64,000 nucleotides of DNA. Origin: Candidatus Kapaibacterium sp. GTDB lineage: Bacteria; Bacteroidota; Ignavibacteria; Kapaibacteriales; UBA2268. The translations under genes were made by a program, and so were the position numbers. Below, in pieces: positions 32,401 to 40,696 of the stretch. Positions within the stretch are counted from its first letter, which is position 1; every line of letters begins with the position of its first letter. The stretch is taken from contig OY761611.1 of NCBI GenBank assembly GCA_963664875.1, positions 3,763,815-3,827,814 of the forward strand. The letters are read 5' to 3'. The notes beneath the pieces were generated by a model. That model was not told where the DNA came from. It saw nothing but the letters and a program-made list of their open reading frames with translations, and ran no database searches.

Positions 32401-32595
32401 GAACTCGAAATCTGGATAGAAGGCTGGAATTTATGCCTGAGCCAAATCAATTACAATAAGTCAGGCTACAAAATCAACAAAATCATTGACGCTTATATTA
32501 TGACCGATGATATGATAAACGAACAGCCTTACTACAAAGATATGATAGATTCAAGCAAAAAAACTGCAAGAAAGCTTGTGCTCGGACAGAAATAA
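29437..32595 (+). CDS. PEP/pyruvate-binding (PPDK_N ATP-grasp) domain protein with N-terminal sensor-like and C-terminal nucleotidyltransferase domains
   Basis: GKIGGKAAGL, IIVRSSSLLED...FAGKYKS, MIQEVVG, VPGLGTRAV, PVDIEFA, YLLQARP; C-terminal GVYLFGTV...NSDIDLLV; no phospho-His swivel or TIM-barrel domain recognised. Confidence 0.8.
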   Translation: MDLFVRALEERAKELNCLYKIEEILSSNYNQDDEKVFFELIKAIPLGCKYPYYADIKITINSTDYANPNFQKSPWVLSSDIIIQDEIVGKIELYYLVELPEADEGPFLKEERKLIDTIADRLGHYILYKRLKVVFSELQAQQQGIAKPKPEWMVILDMLKKTDQNLFSIIARKMINHLYFKGIPETHDLFKKLGTLDEDEQNSTEVNRPSKKQILENSYILGKKIFKIAEKNMHENEILTLIQKWMNEEKAHFLVKSLASLSTTHNDIADAIRRYNHIIPRSEEKESSITKGIRVSLIRRFLSDQLEFINIAKNYGSIEDFNNLLNNMVYPNDSYGKIGGKAAGLFLATRILEASDDFKNFFSKLKTPKTWYLTSDAFMSFIYYNNFEDVIEQKYRDSDQIRHEYPHIIQAFKNSQFPSVIINGLSRALDDFGDNPIIVRSSSLLEDRMGTAFAGKYKSLFLANQGTKKEKMDALMDAIAEVYASIFSPDPIGYRAERGLLDFNEEMGIMIQEVVGQKFGKYFFPAFAGVAFSNNEFRWSPRIKREDGLIRIVPGLGTRAVDRIPDDHPVLIAPGQSNLRLHQTYQDVLGYAPKSMDVINLVTNTFETVQVDHIIKQVGNKYPMLNQVFSIHEPQHIKTPIGLGINAQKDDVVVTFENLISNTDYIKTLYSILKILHKQMETPVDIEFACDGNNLYLLQARPQSSSYEAKSARIPNNVPDSRKVFTANKFVSNGKVPDIAYIVYVDPEAYSKYSELNHLKDVGKAVGKLNKLLPKKTFILMGPGRWGTRDDIRLGVSVSYSDINNTAVLIEMARKKGNYVPDLSFGTHFFQDLVEASIRYLPLYPDEKDVVFNEEFLLKAENTLTRFLPEFEHIADSLRVINVREATNGMILRLFMNADEDRALAMLADPKSPIAYDGDDFEAIGSDEVKEPLQWRLRMIEALAESLEPERFGVKGVYLFGTVFNETAGPNSDIDLLVRFDGTNRQRDELEIWIEGWNLCLSQINYNKSGYKINKIIDAYIMTDDMINEQPYYKDMIDSSKKTARKLVLGQK

Positions 32596-32853
32596 ATCAT
32601 AAAGTCATCTGCTAACATTTACAAGCAACTATTGGTACTGCTTACCTTTAGTTGCTTTTTTTTACTCGTTTTCCCTTATGAAAACAGTAGCTACTTGGTT
32701 TTTCAGATAGGATTTTATTTTGAAATAGAAACCTGATGAGTAATTTTAACCCGATTTTGTCATTAAAACTCAAAAATACTAGCAAATTCCTTTATTTGCA
32801 TATAATAATTCAAATCGTAAATGTATGGGAAACTTACATATTGAATCATTGAA

Positions 32854-33114
32854 GAGGCTGTCTCCTAATCAATTTAATATGTTTAAAATTCATCATTTCA
32901 CTTCGGCAAGCTCCGAAAACGCTTCCCAAGAAGAGGAATTGAAAGCGGCATAAGTTCTTATAACTACTTTTATTTGAATGGATTACACATTCCCCTCTTG
33001 AGCGATGTGCTGAGCGAGCACCGCGAGTCGAAGTAGGGTGGCATGCTAAGCATGACGGGGTGGAAAAAAGGATATAGATTTTATAATTCACATTTTGACT
33101 TCTTAGACAGCCTC
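32854..33114. mobile_element. MITE-like element with 10-bp terminal inverted repeats carrying nested palindromic repeats
   Basis: GAGGCTGTCT (32854-32863) ... AGACAGCCTC (33105-33114); a similar right end TTTTGACTTATGAGACAGCCTC occurs at 40550-40571; no transposase inside. Confidence 0.55.
32989..33063 (+). repeat. GC-rich palindromic repeat with 33-nt internal insert (filled allele 1)
   Basis: ATTCCCCTCTTGAG[CGATGTGCTGAGCGAGCACCGCGAGTCGAAGTA]GGGTGGCATGCTAAGCATGACGGGGTGG; related to 38357-38428 and 38531-38574. Confidence 0.8.
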
Positions 33115-33296
33115 CCAAGATACATGTGAACTACTTAAATTGGTTTTCAAATGACAAATTCCATCTAACTAATTGTAAGAAAGTAGTTGTTAGAATGAAA
33201 GACAACGATATGAAGAAAATTTTTATTATTTTAAACCATATTGAGTTTATTAGTTAAAGGTTGAGTCGAATAATATTGGCTAATAAGAATATATTT

Positions 33297-33382
33297 TCAG
33301 CCTGAAAGGCTGATATAAAATAGCCCATGGCAGCGCCATGGGACGGTTGCAAGTATTGAGTAAACAGAGCCCTGTAAGGGCG
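33297..33382. repeat. Cluster of short palindromes (REP-like)
   Basis: TCAGCCTGAAAGGCTGA, CCCATGGCAGCGCCATGGG and GCCCTGTAAGGGC hairpins in an AT-rich spacer. Confidence 0.65.
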
Positions 33383-33472
33383 GCAAGACTTTCCTTTACA
33401 GGTGATATAAATAAGAGATTAGTGTTACTTTTTCCATTTCTTTTTCTTTTTTTTGCGATAAAAAAGAAACGG

Positions 33473-33494
33473 CACTTCGACAAGCTCAGTGACC
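33473..33494 (-). repeat. 22-nt REP-like element
   Basis: CACTTCGACAAGCTCAGTGACC; same family as 38202-38223, 42028-42049 and 36367-36397. Confidence 0.8.
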
Positions 33495-33948
33495 TTTGGA
33501 AAAAGAAAAAAGAACGCTTTGTCTCCTCTCCTCATATAGTGTTTAAGCGTAAAAAGCACATCCAATTAAGGAATTACTGAAAACAAATGTCTATATTAAG
33601 GAGTGCTGATGCAATATATAGGCAATACAAGGACTATTTACTATGATATCATATATTTTTTTTCGACTATATGATATTATGTATAGAGAAAAAAATAGAC
33701 AAACAGTTAGCTTTTTTTTGCCACAAACGCAAGTTTGTATTAGGGATCTCGGTTTATGACACAATAATTGCCTCTCTGCCGGATTATACATTTCTACTCT
33801 ATCATCCTCTTTAATTATCACTATTTTTATTCGTGCAAGTCCAAAATTGATTAGACAAATACTCTTGTCTTGGATTAGCAGGTGTGTTTGAGTGCGATTT
33901 TCTGACGGCTTTATTCCAAAAAGCATATAATACTTTAATAAATTTTGC

Positions 33949-33956
33949 TATCTTTG
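33949..33956 (+). promoter_or_regulatory. Possible TAnnTTTG (-7) promoter element upstream of the OPT gene
   Basis: TATCTTTG about 60 nt before the start; short motif in AT-rich DNA, so weak. Confidence 0.3.
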
Positions 33957-34014
33957 TGGATTAGTGCAAAATTTATTGTCTTATGTATAAACTTATGCTA
34001 TTGGAGATTGTTTG

Positions 34015-36018
34015 ATGGATAATCAGCAACAAAGATTGGGCGATTTACCTGAAAACGCCTATCGTGAGTTGAAGGATGGGGAAGAGTACCATCCCGTCAT
34101 GTCTGCCGGTAAAGTTTTCCCTGAGGTAACTCCTTGGTCTATCTTTTGGGGACTTTTGATGGCAGTAATCTTTTCTGCCGCTGCGGCTTATTCCGGTCTT
34201 AAAATCGGCCAGGTTATCGAAGCAGCTATTCCTATTTCTATTATTGCCGTTGGTGCAGCTACTTTCTTTAAAAAGAAAAATATGTTGGGTCAAAATGTAA
34301 TCATCCAATCTATCGGTGCAAGCTCCGGTGTGATTGTGGCAGGTGCTGTATTTACTATTCCTGCTCTTTACATTTTGAATCTGCAGGTAAGCTTTTGGCA
34401 TATATTTCTGTCTTCTTTGACAGGTGGTTTTCTTGGTATTTTGTTTTTGATACCGTTTAGAAAATACTTCGTCAAAGATATGCACGGCAAATTTCCTTTT
34501 CCTGAGGCAAAAGCCACTACGGAAATCCTTATCACCGGTGAAAAAGGTGGAGCTCAAGCCGGCGTGCTGATTGCTTCAGGTCTTATCGGTGGACTTTATG
34601 ATTTCTTGTTCTCTTCGGTTAAACTTTTTGGCGAGAGATTTACATCTAATATTCTTCCTTTCGGCGAAACTCTTGCTACTAAATACAAAATGCTTTTCCA
34701 GCTAAATATCAGTGCCATGATTGTTGGTTTTGGCTATCTGGTAGGTTTGCAGTTTGCTACTATTATTGCTGTTGGTTCGTTGCTTGCATGGTTTGTTTTC
34801 ATTCCTTTGATCAATGAAATCGGAAATATCATCGCCGCAAGCGGAGGTACAAATATATTTGAAGCAATGTCTGCAGGTCAGATTTTTGCATCTTATGTTA
34901 GACCAATTGGTATTGGTGCTATTGCTACTGCAGGTATCATTGGTATTATCAAATCTTCCCCTGTTATCGGCTCTGCTTTCAAATTAGCAGTTGGTGGTAG
35001 CAAAAGTGCTGAAGGACCTACAGAATCAAATACTGTCAGAACTGATATGGATATCAAAATGCCGTTTATTATCATGTTCGCAGGTTTGACTATCGTAGGT
35101 ATATTCCTATTCTTACTTAATGGATTTGATATTACTTTCTCTCAGGCAATCGTTGCATTGCTCACAGTTGTAATTATTTCATTCCTATTTACTTCTGTGG
35201 CAGCTAACGCCATTGCTATTGTAGGCTCTAACCCGGTATCAGGTATGACATTGATGACTTTGATATTGTCATCTTTCATTCTTGTTCAAATGGGATTGTC
35301 CGGCGAGGCAGGTATGACCTCAGTGCTAATTATCGGTGGTATCGTTTGTACTGCACTTTCTATGGCAGGCGGCTTTATTACTGACTTAAAAATTGGTTAC
35401 TGGTTGGGTTCTACTCCTGTGAAACAGCAGAGCTGGAAATTTTTGGGTACTTTGGTATCAGCCGCTACTGTTGGTTTAGTAATTTTTATATTAAATCAGG
35501 CTTACGGTTTTGTAGCAACACCTGAAACTCCTAATCCGATGCTTGCACCGCAGGCAAATGCAATGGCAGCAATTATTCAGCCGCTAATGGATCCAAATGC
35601 AAACATCAGCTGGATGCTTTACTTGGTTGGTGGTATCCTTGCTGTATTGCTAAACATGATTAAAATTTCTCCGCTTGCATTCGCACTTGGTATGTACTTA
35701 CCTTTGGAATTAAACACTCCGTTGTTGGTTGGTGGCTTGATGGCTCACTTCCTACAAAAAGGTAAAGACAAAGAATTGGCAGAAGCAAGACACCAAAGAG
35801 CAACATTGATTTCTTCCGGTTATATAGCCGGAGCTGCGATATTTGGCGTAGTTGGTGCTATTCTGTTATTCTTCGGAGTAAACCTTGATATGCAAATTTT
35901 CACTGATGCATCAGGTAAAATGGTAAATGAGCACGGAGCTGAAATAGCAGCATTTTTTGCGTTTTCGGCATTGGTAGCATTTACAATCTGGTTATCTATG
36001 AAAGCCAAAAAAGACTAA
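34015..36018 (+). CDS. Oligopeptide transporter, OPT family
   Basis: YSGLKIG..EAAIPIS, IIQSIGA, FPFPEAKAT, VGSNPVSGMT, DLKIGYWLGSTP, APQANAMA, FALGMYLPL. Confidence 0.93.
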   Translation: MDNQQQRLGDLPENAYRELKDGEEYHPVMSAGKVFPEVTPWSIFWGLLMAVIFSAAAAYSGLKIGQVIEAAIPISIIAVGAATFFKKKNMLGQNVIIQSIGASSGVIVAGAVFTIPALYILNLQVSFWHIFLSSLTGGFLGILFLIPFRKYFVKDMHGKFPFPEAKATTEILITGEKGGAQAGVLIASGLIGGLYDFLFSSVKLFGERFTSNILPFGETLATKYKMLFQLNISAMIVGFGYLVGLQFATIIAVGSLLAWFVFIPLINEIGNIIAASGGTNIFEAMSAGQIFASYVRPIGIGAIATAGIIGIIKSSPVIGSAFKLAVGGSKSAEGPTESNTVRTDMDIKMPFIIMFAGLTIVGIFLFLLNGFDITFSQAIVALLTVVIISFLFTSVAANAIAIVGSNPVSGMTLMTLILSSFILVQMGLSGEAGMTSVLIIGGIVCTALSMAGGFITDLKIGYWLGSTPVKQQSWKFLGTLVSAATVGLVIFILNQAYGFVATPETPNPMLAPQANAMAAIIQPLMDPNANISWMLYLVGGILAVLLNMIKISPLAFALGMYLPLELNTPLLVGGLMAHFLQKGKDKELAEARHQRATLISSGYIAGAAIFGVVGAILLFFGVNLDMQIFTDASGKMVNEHGAEIAAFFAFSALVAFTIWLSMKAKKD

Positions 36019-36040
36019 GAAAGTCTTTCAAATATTAGAC

Positions 36041-36077
36041 AGAGGGAGCTTTTCGCGAGAGAGGCTTCCTTTTTTTT
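36041..36077 (+). terminator. Terminator after the OPT gene
   Basis: GGGAGCTTTTC-GCGA-GAGAGGCTTCC plus T run. Confidence 0.7.
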
Positions 36078-36180
36078 GTTTAACATAAATTTCAAACTTG
36101 ATTTAGACGAAAAGAATTGCTATCTTGATCCATCTCTGTATAGCAATAGAGATGCGTTTTACGGTTCTTACACATGCAAA

Positions 36181-36375
36181 TTGCAGTTCTTTTACGATGC
36201 TGCCGGAAACAGACTAAGAAATCAAAGTCTAACTTTTTCTGATTATAGACATGGCTCCATTAGTTCGCCGCGTCTAAAAGTTCTTTCAAGAAATAACTAC
36301 TTCCCTTTCGGTATGTTAGTGCCGGACCGGTTCGCAAATGAAGAAGATGCAAAGCCACGCTTCAAAGGTCACTGA
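36181..36375 (+). pseudogene. Internally deleted Rhs core fragment ending at a REP-borne stop codon
   Basis: FFYDAAGNRLR (YD repeat) joined to LTFSDYR...NNYFPFGMLVP; the TGA at 36373 lies inside the inserted element. Confidence 0.75.
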
Positions 36376-36397
36376 GCGAGCAAAGCGAGTCGAAGTG
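36367..36397 (+). repeat. 31-nt REP-like element inserted in the Rhs core
   Basis: GGTCACTGAGCGAGCAAAGCGAGTCGAAGTG lies between PRFK and NGMERE. Confidence 0.8.
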
Positions 36398-36404
36398 TAA
36401 TGGC

Positions 36405-37490
36405 ATGGAACGCGAAGATGAAATAGCGGGATTGGGGAATAGCTATAGCACTGCGAATAGAAATTATGATTCAAGAACTGCAAGGTGGTATAGTTTAGAT
36501 CCTGCAAAAAAGAAATATCCTAATAAAAGCGCATATACTTCTTTTGGGAATAACCCTATTCTTTATACCGATCCTGGTGGGGATGATTATATGCTTGTAA
36601 TAAACCATAATGCCAGAACAATTACAGTACGTGCTTGTTTCCAAAATGTTTCTGAGGGTGATGCTTATGATGCAACTATTTCTAATGCTATAACAACATT
36701 AAGTACAGAGATGAACAAATTTGTTTATACAACTAATTCTGGAATCGAATATGAAATTATTGCTGATATTTCAGTCTATAATGAACATAAATACTCTTAT
36801 GCTGAACATGGGCCAATTAATAATATACTTGTAGATGAAGGAAGTGGAGTTATGGAAAGGGGGAATGAATATTTTGGCAATGAACATACTATGAAAAAGA
36901 TGAATCGTAGATCTGGTGGAGGAATTACGTACTTTGACAAAATATTTGTTTATTCATGGCAACAAAGAAATAATAGTCGAAGTATAATGCATGAAATAGG
37001 ACATTCGTTGGGTTTTCTTCATTTATTAGGAAGTAGAATAGATGAAGAAACGAGTCCTCCTTCTATTAAAGGATTTACAGGTATAATGGATCCATTAGCA
37101 TCAGGTCTTACTTTTTCTGGTCAAGGGATAGAAACTATGTTGGGAGCTGCGGGTATAGGTAAGTATTGGTTTATGAGGTATCCACAAATGTCTAATGATA
37201 AGTGTGTTGCTTCTTCCAATTTTAGAGAGATATATGTTCCTTCTCAGGGTATTGGAAGACCAAGAGCATTCGATGGTGGTTTAATAGAAGATTCTATATT
37301 TGATTCAACAATATGGGATGGTTGGGCAGATACAGATGGTTGGACACTTCCTGGCGATGTTTCTAGAACGTTGCTATTTATGGATAACTACAAAAACGCT
37401 TTGAAGTTTTCAACACAAACTGGAAGTCAAAAACCAGTGGATTGGGATTTTATTGATGGTGAAGTTTCACAAAAAACTCAGGAAGATTAA
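36405..37490 (+). CDS. Rhs-core C-terminus plus zincin-like (HExxH) C-terminal toxin domain
   Basis: MEREDEIAGLGNSYSTANRNYDSRTARWYSLDP...SAYTSFGNNPILYTDPGG (Rhs core end, DPxG); SIMHEIGHSLGFLH and a later GIMD (Met-turn-like). Confidence 0.8.
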   Translation: MEREDEIAGLGNSYSTANRNYDSRTARWYSLDPAKKKYPNKSAYTSFGNNPILYTDPGGDDYMLVINHNARTITVRACFQNVSEGDAYDATISNAITTLSTEMNKFVYTTNSGIEYEIIADISVYNEHKYSYAEHGPINNILVDEGSGVMERGNEYFGNEHTMKKMNRRSGGGITYFDKIFVYSWQQRNNSRSIMHEIGHSLGFLHLLGSRIDEETSPPSIKGFTGIMDPLASGLTFSGQGIETMLGAAGIGKYWFMRYPQMSNDKCVASSNFREIYVPSQGIGRPRAFDGGLIEDSIFDSTIWDGWADTDGWTLPGDVSRTLLFMDNYKNALKFSTQTGSQKPVDWDFIDGEVSQKTQED

Positions 37491-37492
37491 CA

Positions 37493-38053
37493 ATGAGATT
37501 ATATTGTATATATATATTGTTGTGTATATTGATAATGTCACCATCTGGATTGGAGTCTCATCTTAAAGAATCTATTGCGATTAAGTATATTGATATCAAT
37601 ATATTGTTTTATAACAATACTGAAATAAGTTATTTTGAAGTTAATCAACTAAATTTTAACTTGGTATTTTTGCAGAAGTTACAGAATAGAAAATATGAAA
37701 AGTACCTTTTGTTTTTAAGACACCAGAGTTTAGAAAGTCCATTCTTGTTAAATGATCCGACGTATGTTAGAAATATATATAAATTAGATGATTTCTTATA
37801 TTTAGAACACTGTTTATATAAGTCTTCATGTGCTAAAAAAATAAATCAAATTGATATTGTTAATGAAATCATAAATGTAGTTACTAATTTAGTTATGATA
37901 AGTGGTTTTTCAAAACTAACGAATCAGTATTGCAACTTAACAATGTTAAAGAATGATTCATATTTTATAAAAACTCATATTAAATCAGATACATTGGTAC
38001 TTGATTTTTCGTATGATGTGTCTAAAGCAAATATATATCAATATGTAGATTAA
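37493..38053 (+). CDS. Exported AT-rich protein, probable cognate immunity protein
   Basis: Starts 2 nt after the toxin stop; hydrophobic N-terminus. Confidence 0.55.
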   Translation: MRLYCIYILLCILIMSPSGLESHLKESIAIKYIDINILFYNNTEISYFEVNQLNFNLVFLQKLQNRKYEKYLLFLRHQSLESPFLLNDPTYVRNIYKLDDFLYLEHCLYKSSCAKKINQIDIVNEIINVVTNLVMISGFSKLTNQYCNLTMLKNDSYFIKTHIKSDTLVLDFSYDVSKANIYQYVD

Positions 38054-38154
38054 AAGAAAATAGATTACCTATGGACACAGATCATAGCTGTGATGGCTAA
38101 GATTTTATTGTTTTTTCAAGAAGCCCAGGCAAAGGCTGCAGGGCGTAGCACGCC

Positions 38155-38350
38155 CTACGCCAAATCGGTCACAAACAATACGAACTTACTGACCACCTTG
38201 GTACTTCGACAGGCTCAGTAACCGGGGCTAACTTTTTCTGATTATAGACAAGGCTCCATTAGTTCGCCACGTCTAAAAGTTCTTTCAAGAAATAACTACT
38301 TCCCTTTCGGTATGCTAATGCCGGATAACTACTATCAGGATGGCAGTAGA
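38155..38350 (+). pseudogene. Rhs core fragment (LRQIGHKQYELTDHLG / LTFSDYRQGSISSPRLKVLSRNNYFPFGMLMP) broken by a REP-like element at 38202-38223
   Basis: 38228-38325 is 94/98 identical to 36229-36326; about 38168-38251 matches 24967-25072. Confidence 0.8.
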
Positions 38351-38356
38351 TCGGAA

Positions 38357-38428
38357 ATTCCCCTCGTTGAGCGATGTGCTGAGCGAGCAAAGCGAGTCGA
38401 AGTAGGGTGGCACGTAGTACCGGGGTGG
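38357..38428 (+). repeat. GC-rich palindromic repeat with 33-nt insert (filled allele 2)
   Basis: Same layout as 32989-33063; insert at 38372-38404. Confidence 0.8.
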
Positions 38429-38530
38429 AAACACACGAAGCACAACTGTTTCAATGTAGGTAAATGTAATTCCTACAGATTAATTTAGCAATAAAATATT
38501 TAGGTGTAGTGATAGTATTTAGATTCTTAT

Positions 38531-38574
38531 CCACCCCGTCAAGCCCTTGGCTTGCCACCCCTCAAGAGCGGAAT
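38531..38574 (-). repeat. Same palindromic repeat without insert (empty allele, inverted)
   Basis: Reverse complement ATTCCGCTCTTGAG|GGGTGGCAAGCCAAGGGCTTGACGGGGTGG. Confidence 0.8.
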
Positions 38575-38675
38575 GGAGCGGGTTTTGAGACTTTTTCGCC
38601 AATTCGGTCACAAACAATACGAGCTAACAGTGTTTTCAAACATTATGAAAGTTTAAGCTACTGTCATATCTTTAA

Positions 38676-38822
38676 ACTCAACTACGAATCAAAATTTCCT
38701 TCAATGAATTTATACAATGGAATAGTATCAATCCAGTTTTGGATGAACTTGCTAAAGGGATGTATATTCTTCAGATAGTTTATGCCGACACTGCTATTTC
38801 TTATAAGATATTGAAAAATTGA
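38676..38822 (+). pseudogene. Remnant of a T9SS C-terminal sorting domain
   Basis: Start-less frame ...VLDELAKGMYILQIVYADTAISYKILKN*; preceded by another GHKQYELT fragment at about 38596-38628. Confidence 0.5.
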
Positions 38823-39054
38823 GGTGCTTGTCAAAACCATCGACATTTCTTTCACTAAATAGCTTAAAATTTTAAGTTTTTGGTCTCATATTAGCAACAA
38901 TTCATTTATTCTGTATAATAAAAATGTGTATATTATAATGTATGCATAAGTCAGTTTATTCTATGTTGGTTATGTTCAGTATAGAGTTTACCTATTTGCA
39001 TTGAAGTCTAAATTACTGATAAATCTAAAAAAGTGGGATGCTTGAGGTTGGTCT

Positions 39055-39474
39055 ATGCCAGTAAAGTTACTCGATAATCCTGAGTTATTTCCTACTGATA
39101 AAGTAATTAGCGAAGCTCTACTTGAAAGAGCTCCAATTTTCGATTGTATAAAGGAAACGGCGAAATCAGTAAATAATGAATTAGTTTTCGAATGGAATTA
39201 TTACAAAGACGGGAAAGCGTGGCTTTGTAAAGTTATCTTAAAGAAAAAAACGATATTTTGGCTTTCGTTATGGGAAGGTAGTATCAAAGTTACGTTTTAT
39301 TACTCAGACAAGAATAAAGAGTTATTCCTAGGGTCTAATATCGATAGTATTTACAAAGAAATGCTAAATTCTGCCAAAGCTATTGGGAAAATTACTCCAC
39401 TAACTTTATCATTTTGTGAAATGCCCAAAATCGATGATTTTAAAAAACTTATAGAATTTAAAATAAAACATTGA
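39055..39474 (+). CDS. DUF3788-like protein
   Basis: EWNYYKDGKAWLCKVILKKKTIFWLSLWEG. Confidence 0.7.
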   Translation: MPVKLLDNPELFPTDKVISEALLERAPIFDCIKETAKSVNNELVFEWNYYKDGKAWLCKVILKKKTIFWLSLWEGSIKVTFYYSDKNKELFLGSNIDSIYKEMLNSAKAIGKITPLTLSFCEMPKIDDFKKLIEFKIKH

Positions 39475-39490
39475 AAATAAAGAGGTATCA

Positions 39491-40396
39491 ATGAATAATA
39501 TTGTACTCCATGAAGTTGGTCTCAGAGACGGTTTGCAGATGGAAAAGCAGGTTGTCGCAACTGAACAAAAAATCAAATGGACAGAAAAACTAATCGAAGC
39601 CGGAGTGGAAATAGTGCAGCTCGGTTCATTTGTTCATCCTGTGAAAGTGCCTCAAATGGCAGACACAGATGAGTTCTTCCAACATTTTTCAAAACCTGAA
39701 AATCATCCTGATAATGTAATATTTTCAGGCCTCGTTCTAAACGAAAAAGGTATGGAGAGGGCAATTAAATGCGGTGTAGATATGCTCTGCATGGGCGTAT
39801 CAGCAAGCGATACTCACAGCCAAAAAAATACAGGCATGACTACAAGCGAAGCACAGGACAGAATAATTGCGATGGCAAGAGAGGCTATGCACTCAGGCAA
39901 AAAAGTACAGGCATCTGTCCAATCTGCATTTGGTTGTGGCTTCGAGGGAAAAATAGATGAACTGAAAGTGCTCGAAATAATCAAAAAATACGTTAGCAAT
40001 GGTATTAAATATATATCCCTTGCAGACACCGCCGGGCATGCAAATCCGGCACAAGTGCAAAGGCTTTTTAGTGCTATTAGAGACATAGCACCTGATGTAG
40101 AGATAGCTTGCCATTTCCACAATACTTATGGACTTGGTATTATCAACTGCAAAGCAGCTTATGACAGTGGCGTGCGCTATTTCGAAACAGCTTTTGGCGG
40201 CATAGGCGGATGTCCGTTTACAAAAGTAGCTGCCGGTAACGTCTGCACTGAAGACTTTGTAAACTATATGCAAAGAATGGGCTATCGCAAAGATATTAGG
40301 AATGACATACTGATAGACCTTGCTAAAGACTTATCGACAGTACTCGAAAAAGATTTGCCGGGGTATGTGTATAAAGCCGGAACCTTAGAATATTAA
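39491..40396 (+). CDS. HMG-CoA lyase family (DRE-TIM) carbon-carbon lyase
   Basis: EVGLRDGLQ, SFVHP..VPQMAD, AFGC, SLADTAG, HFHNTYG, GGIGGCPF, GNVCTED. Confidence 0.88.
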   Translation: MNNIVLHEVGLRDGLQMEKQVVATEQKIKWTEKLIEAGVEIVQLGSFVHPVKVPQMADTDEFFQHFSKPENHPDNVIFSGLVLNEKGMERAIKCGVDMLCMGVSASDTHSQKNTGMTTSEAQDRIIAMAREAMHSGKKVQASVQSAFGCGFEGKIDELKVLEIIKKYVSNGIKYISLADTAGHANPAQVQRLFSAIRDIAPDVEIACHFHNTYGLGIINCKAAYDSGVRYFETAFGGIGGCPFTKVAAGNVCTEDFVNYMQRMGYRKDIRNDILIDLAKDLSTVLEKDLPGYVYKAGTLEY

Positions 40397-40462
40397 AATT
40401 TGAAGTGTTAGTTTATAGTAGAGCCTGATTTTGTAGAGCTGTTTACTTCTACAAAATAAATA

Positions 40463-40571
40463 ACCTACGTAGGTTGAAGAGTGAGTAGAAGTGCAACCGA
40501 CTGCTTCAGCTGTCGGTAAAACTTGCAAATATCAAGAATATGATGCAAATTTTGACTTATGAGACAGCCTC
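40463..40571. repeat. Palindrome cluster ending in a MITE-like terminus
   Basis: AACCTACGTAGGTT, ACCGACTGCTTCAGCTGTCGGT and a terminal GAGACAGCCTC like 33105-33114. Confidence 0.5.
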
Positions 40572-40696
40572 TACATGATGACGTGGTAGAAAAAAGGTAA
40601 CATATAATAAAATTTTTCTACAATATGAACTACACTCAAAAACAAAACATAAAAATAAAATTCCTTCTTAGGAAGCATTCGTTATAGGGAGATAAT

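Noticed and set aside
29437-32595. Annotation as PEP synthase (ppsA) or pyruvate phosphate dikinase
   Set aside because: No phospho-histidine swivel or C-terminal PEP-binding barrel was recognised.
32846-33580. ORFs 32846-33118, 33280-33483 and 33338-33580
   Set aside because: They are translations of palindromic repeats and low-complexity DNA, with no RBS or protein-like motifs.
38509-38778. 89-aa ORF
   Set aside because: It reads through a repeat and an out-of-frame Rhs fragment; not a plausible gene.
40463-40517. GTAGAAGTGCAACCGAC resembling the 3' end of a c-di-GMP-II riboswitch
   Set aside because: The upstream GGGCAC-type core is missing and the stretch is explained by REP-like palindromes.
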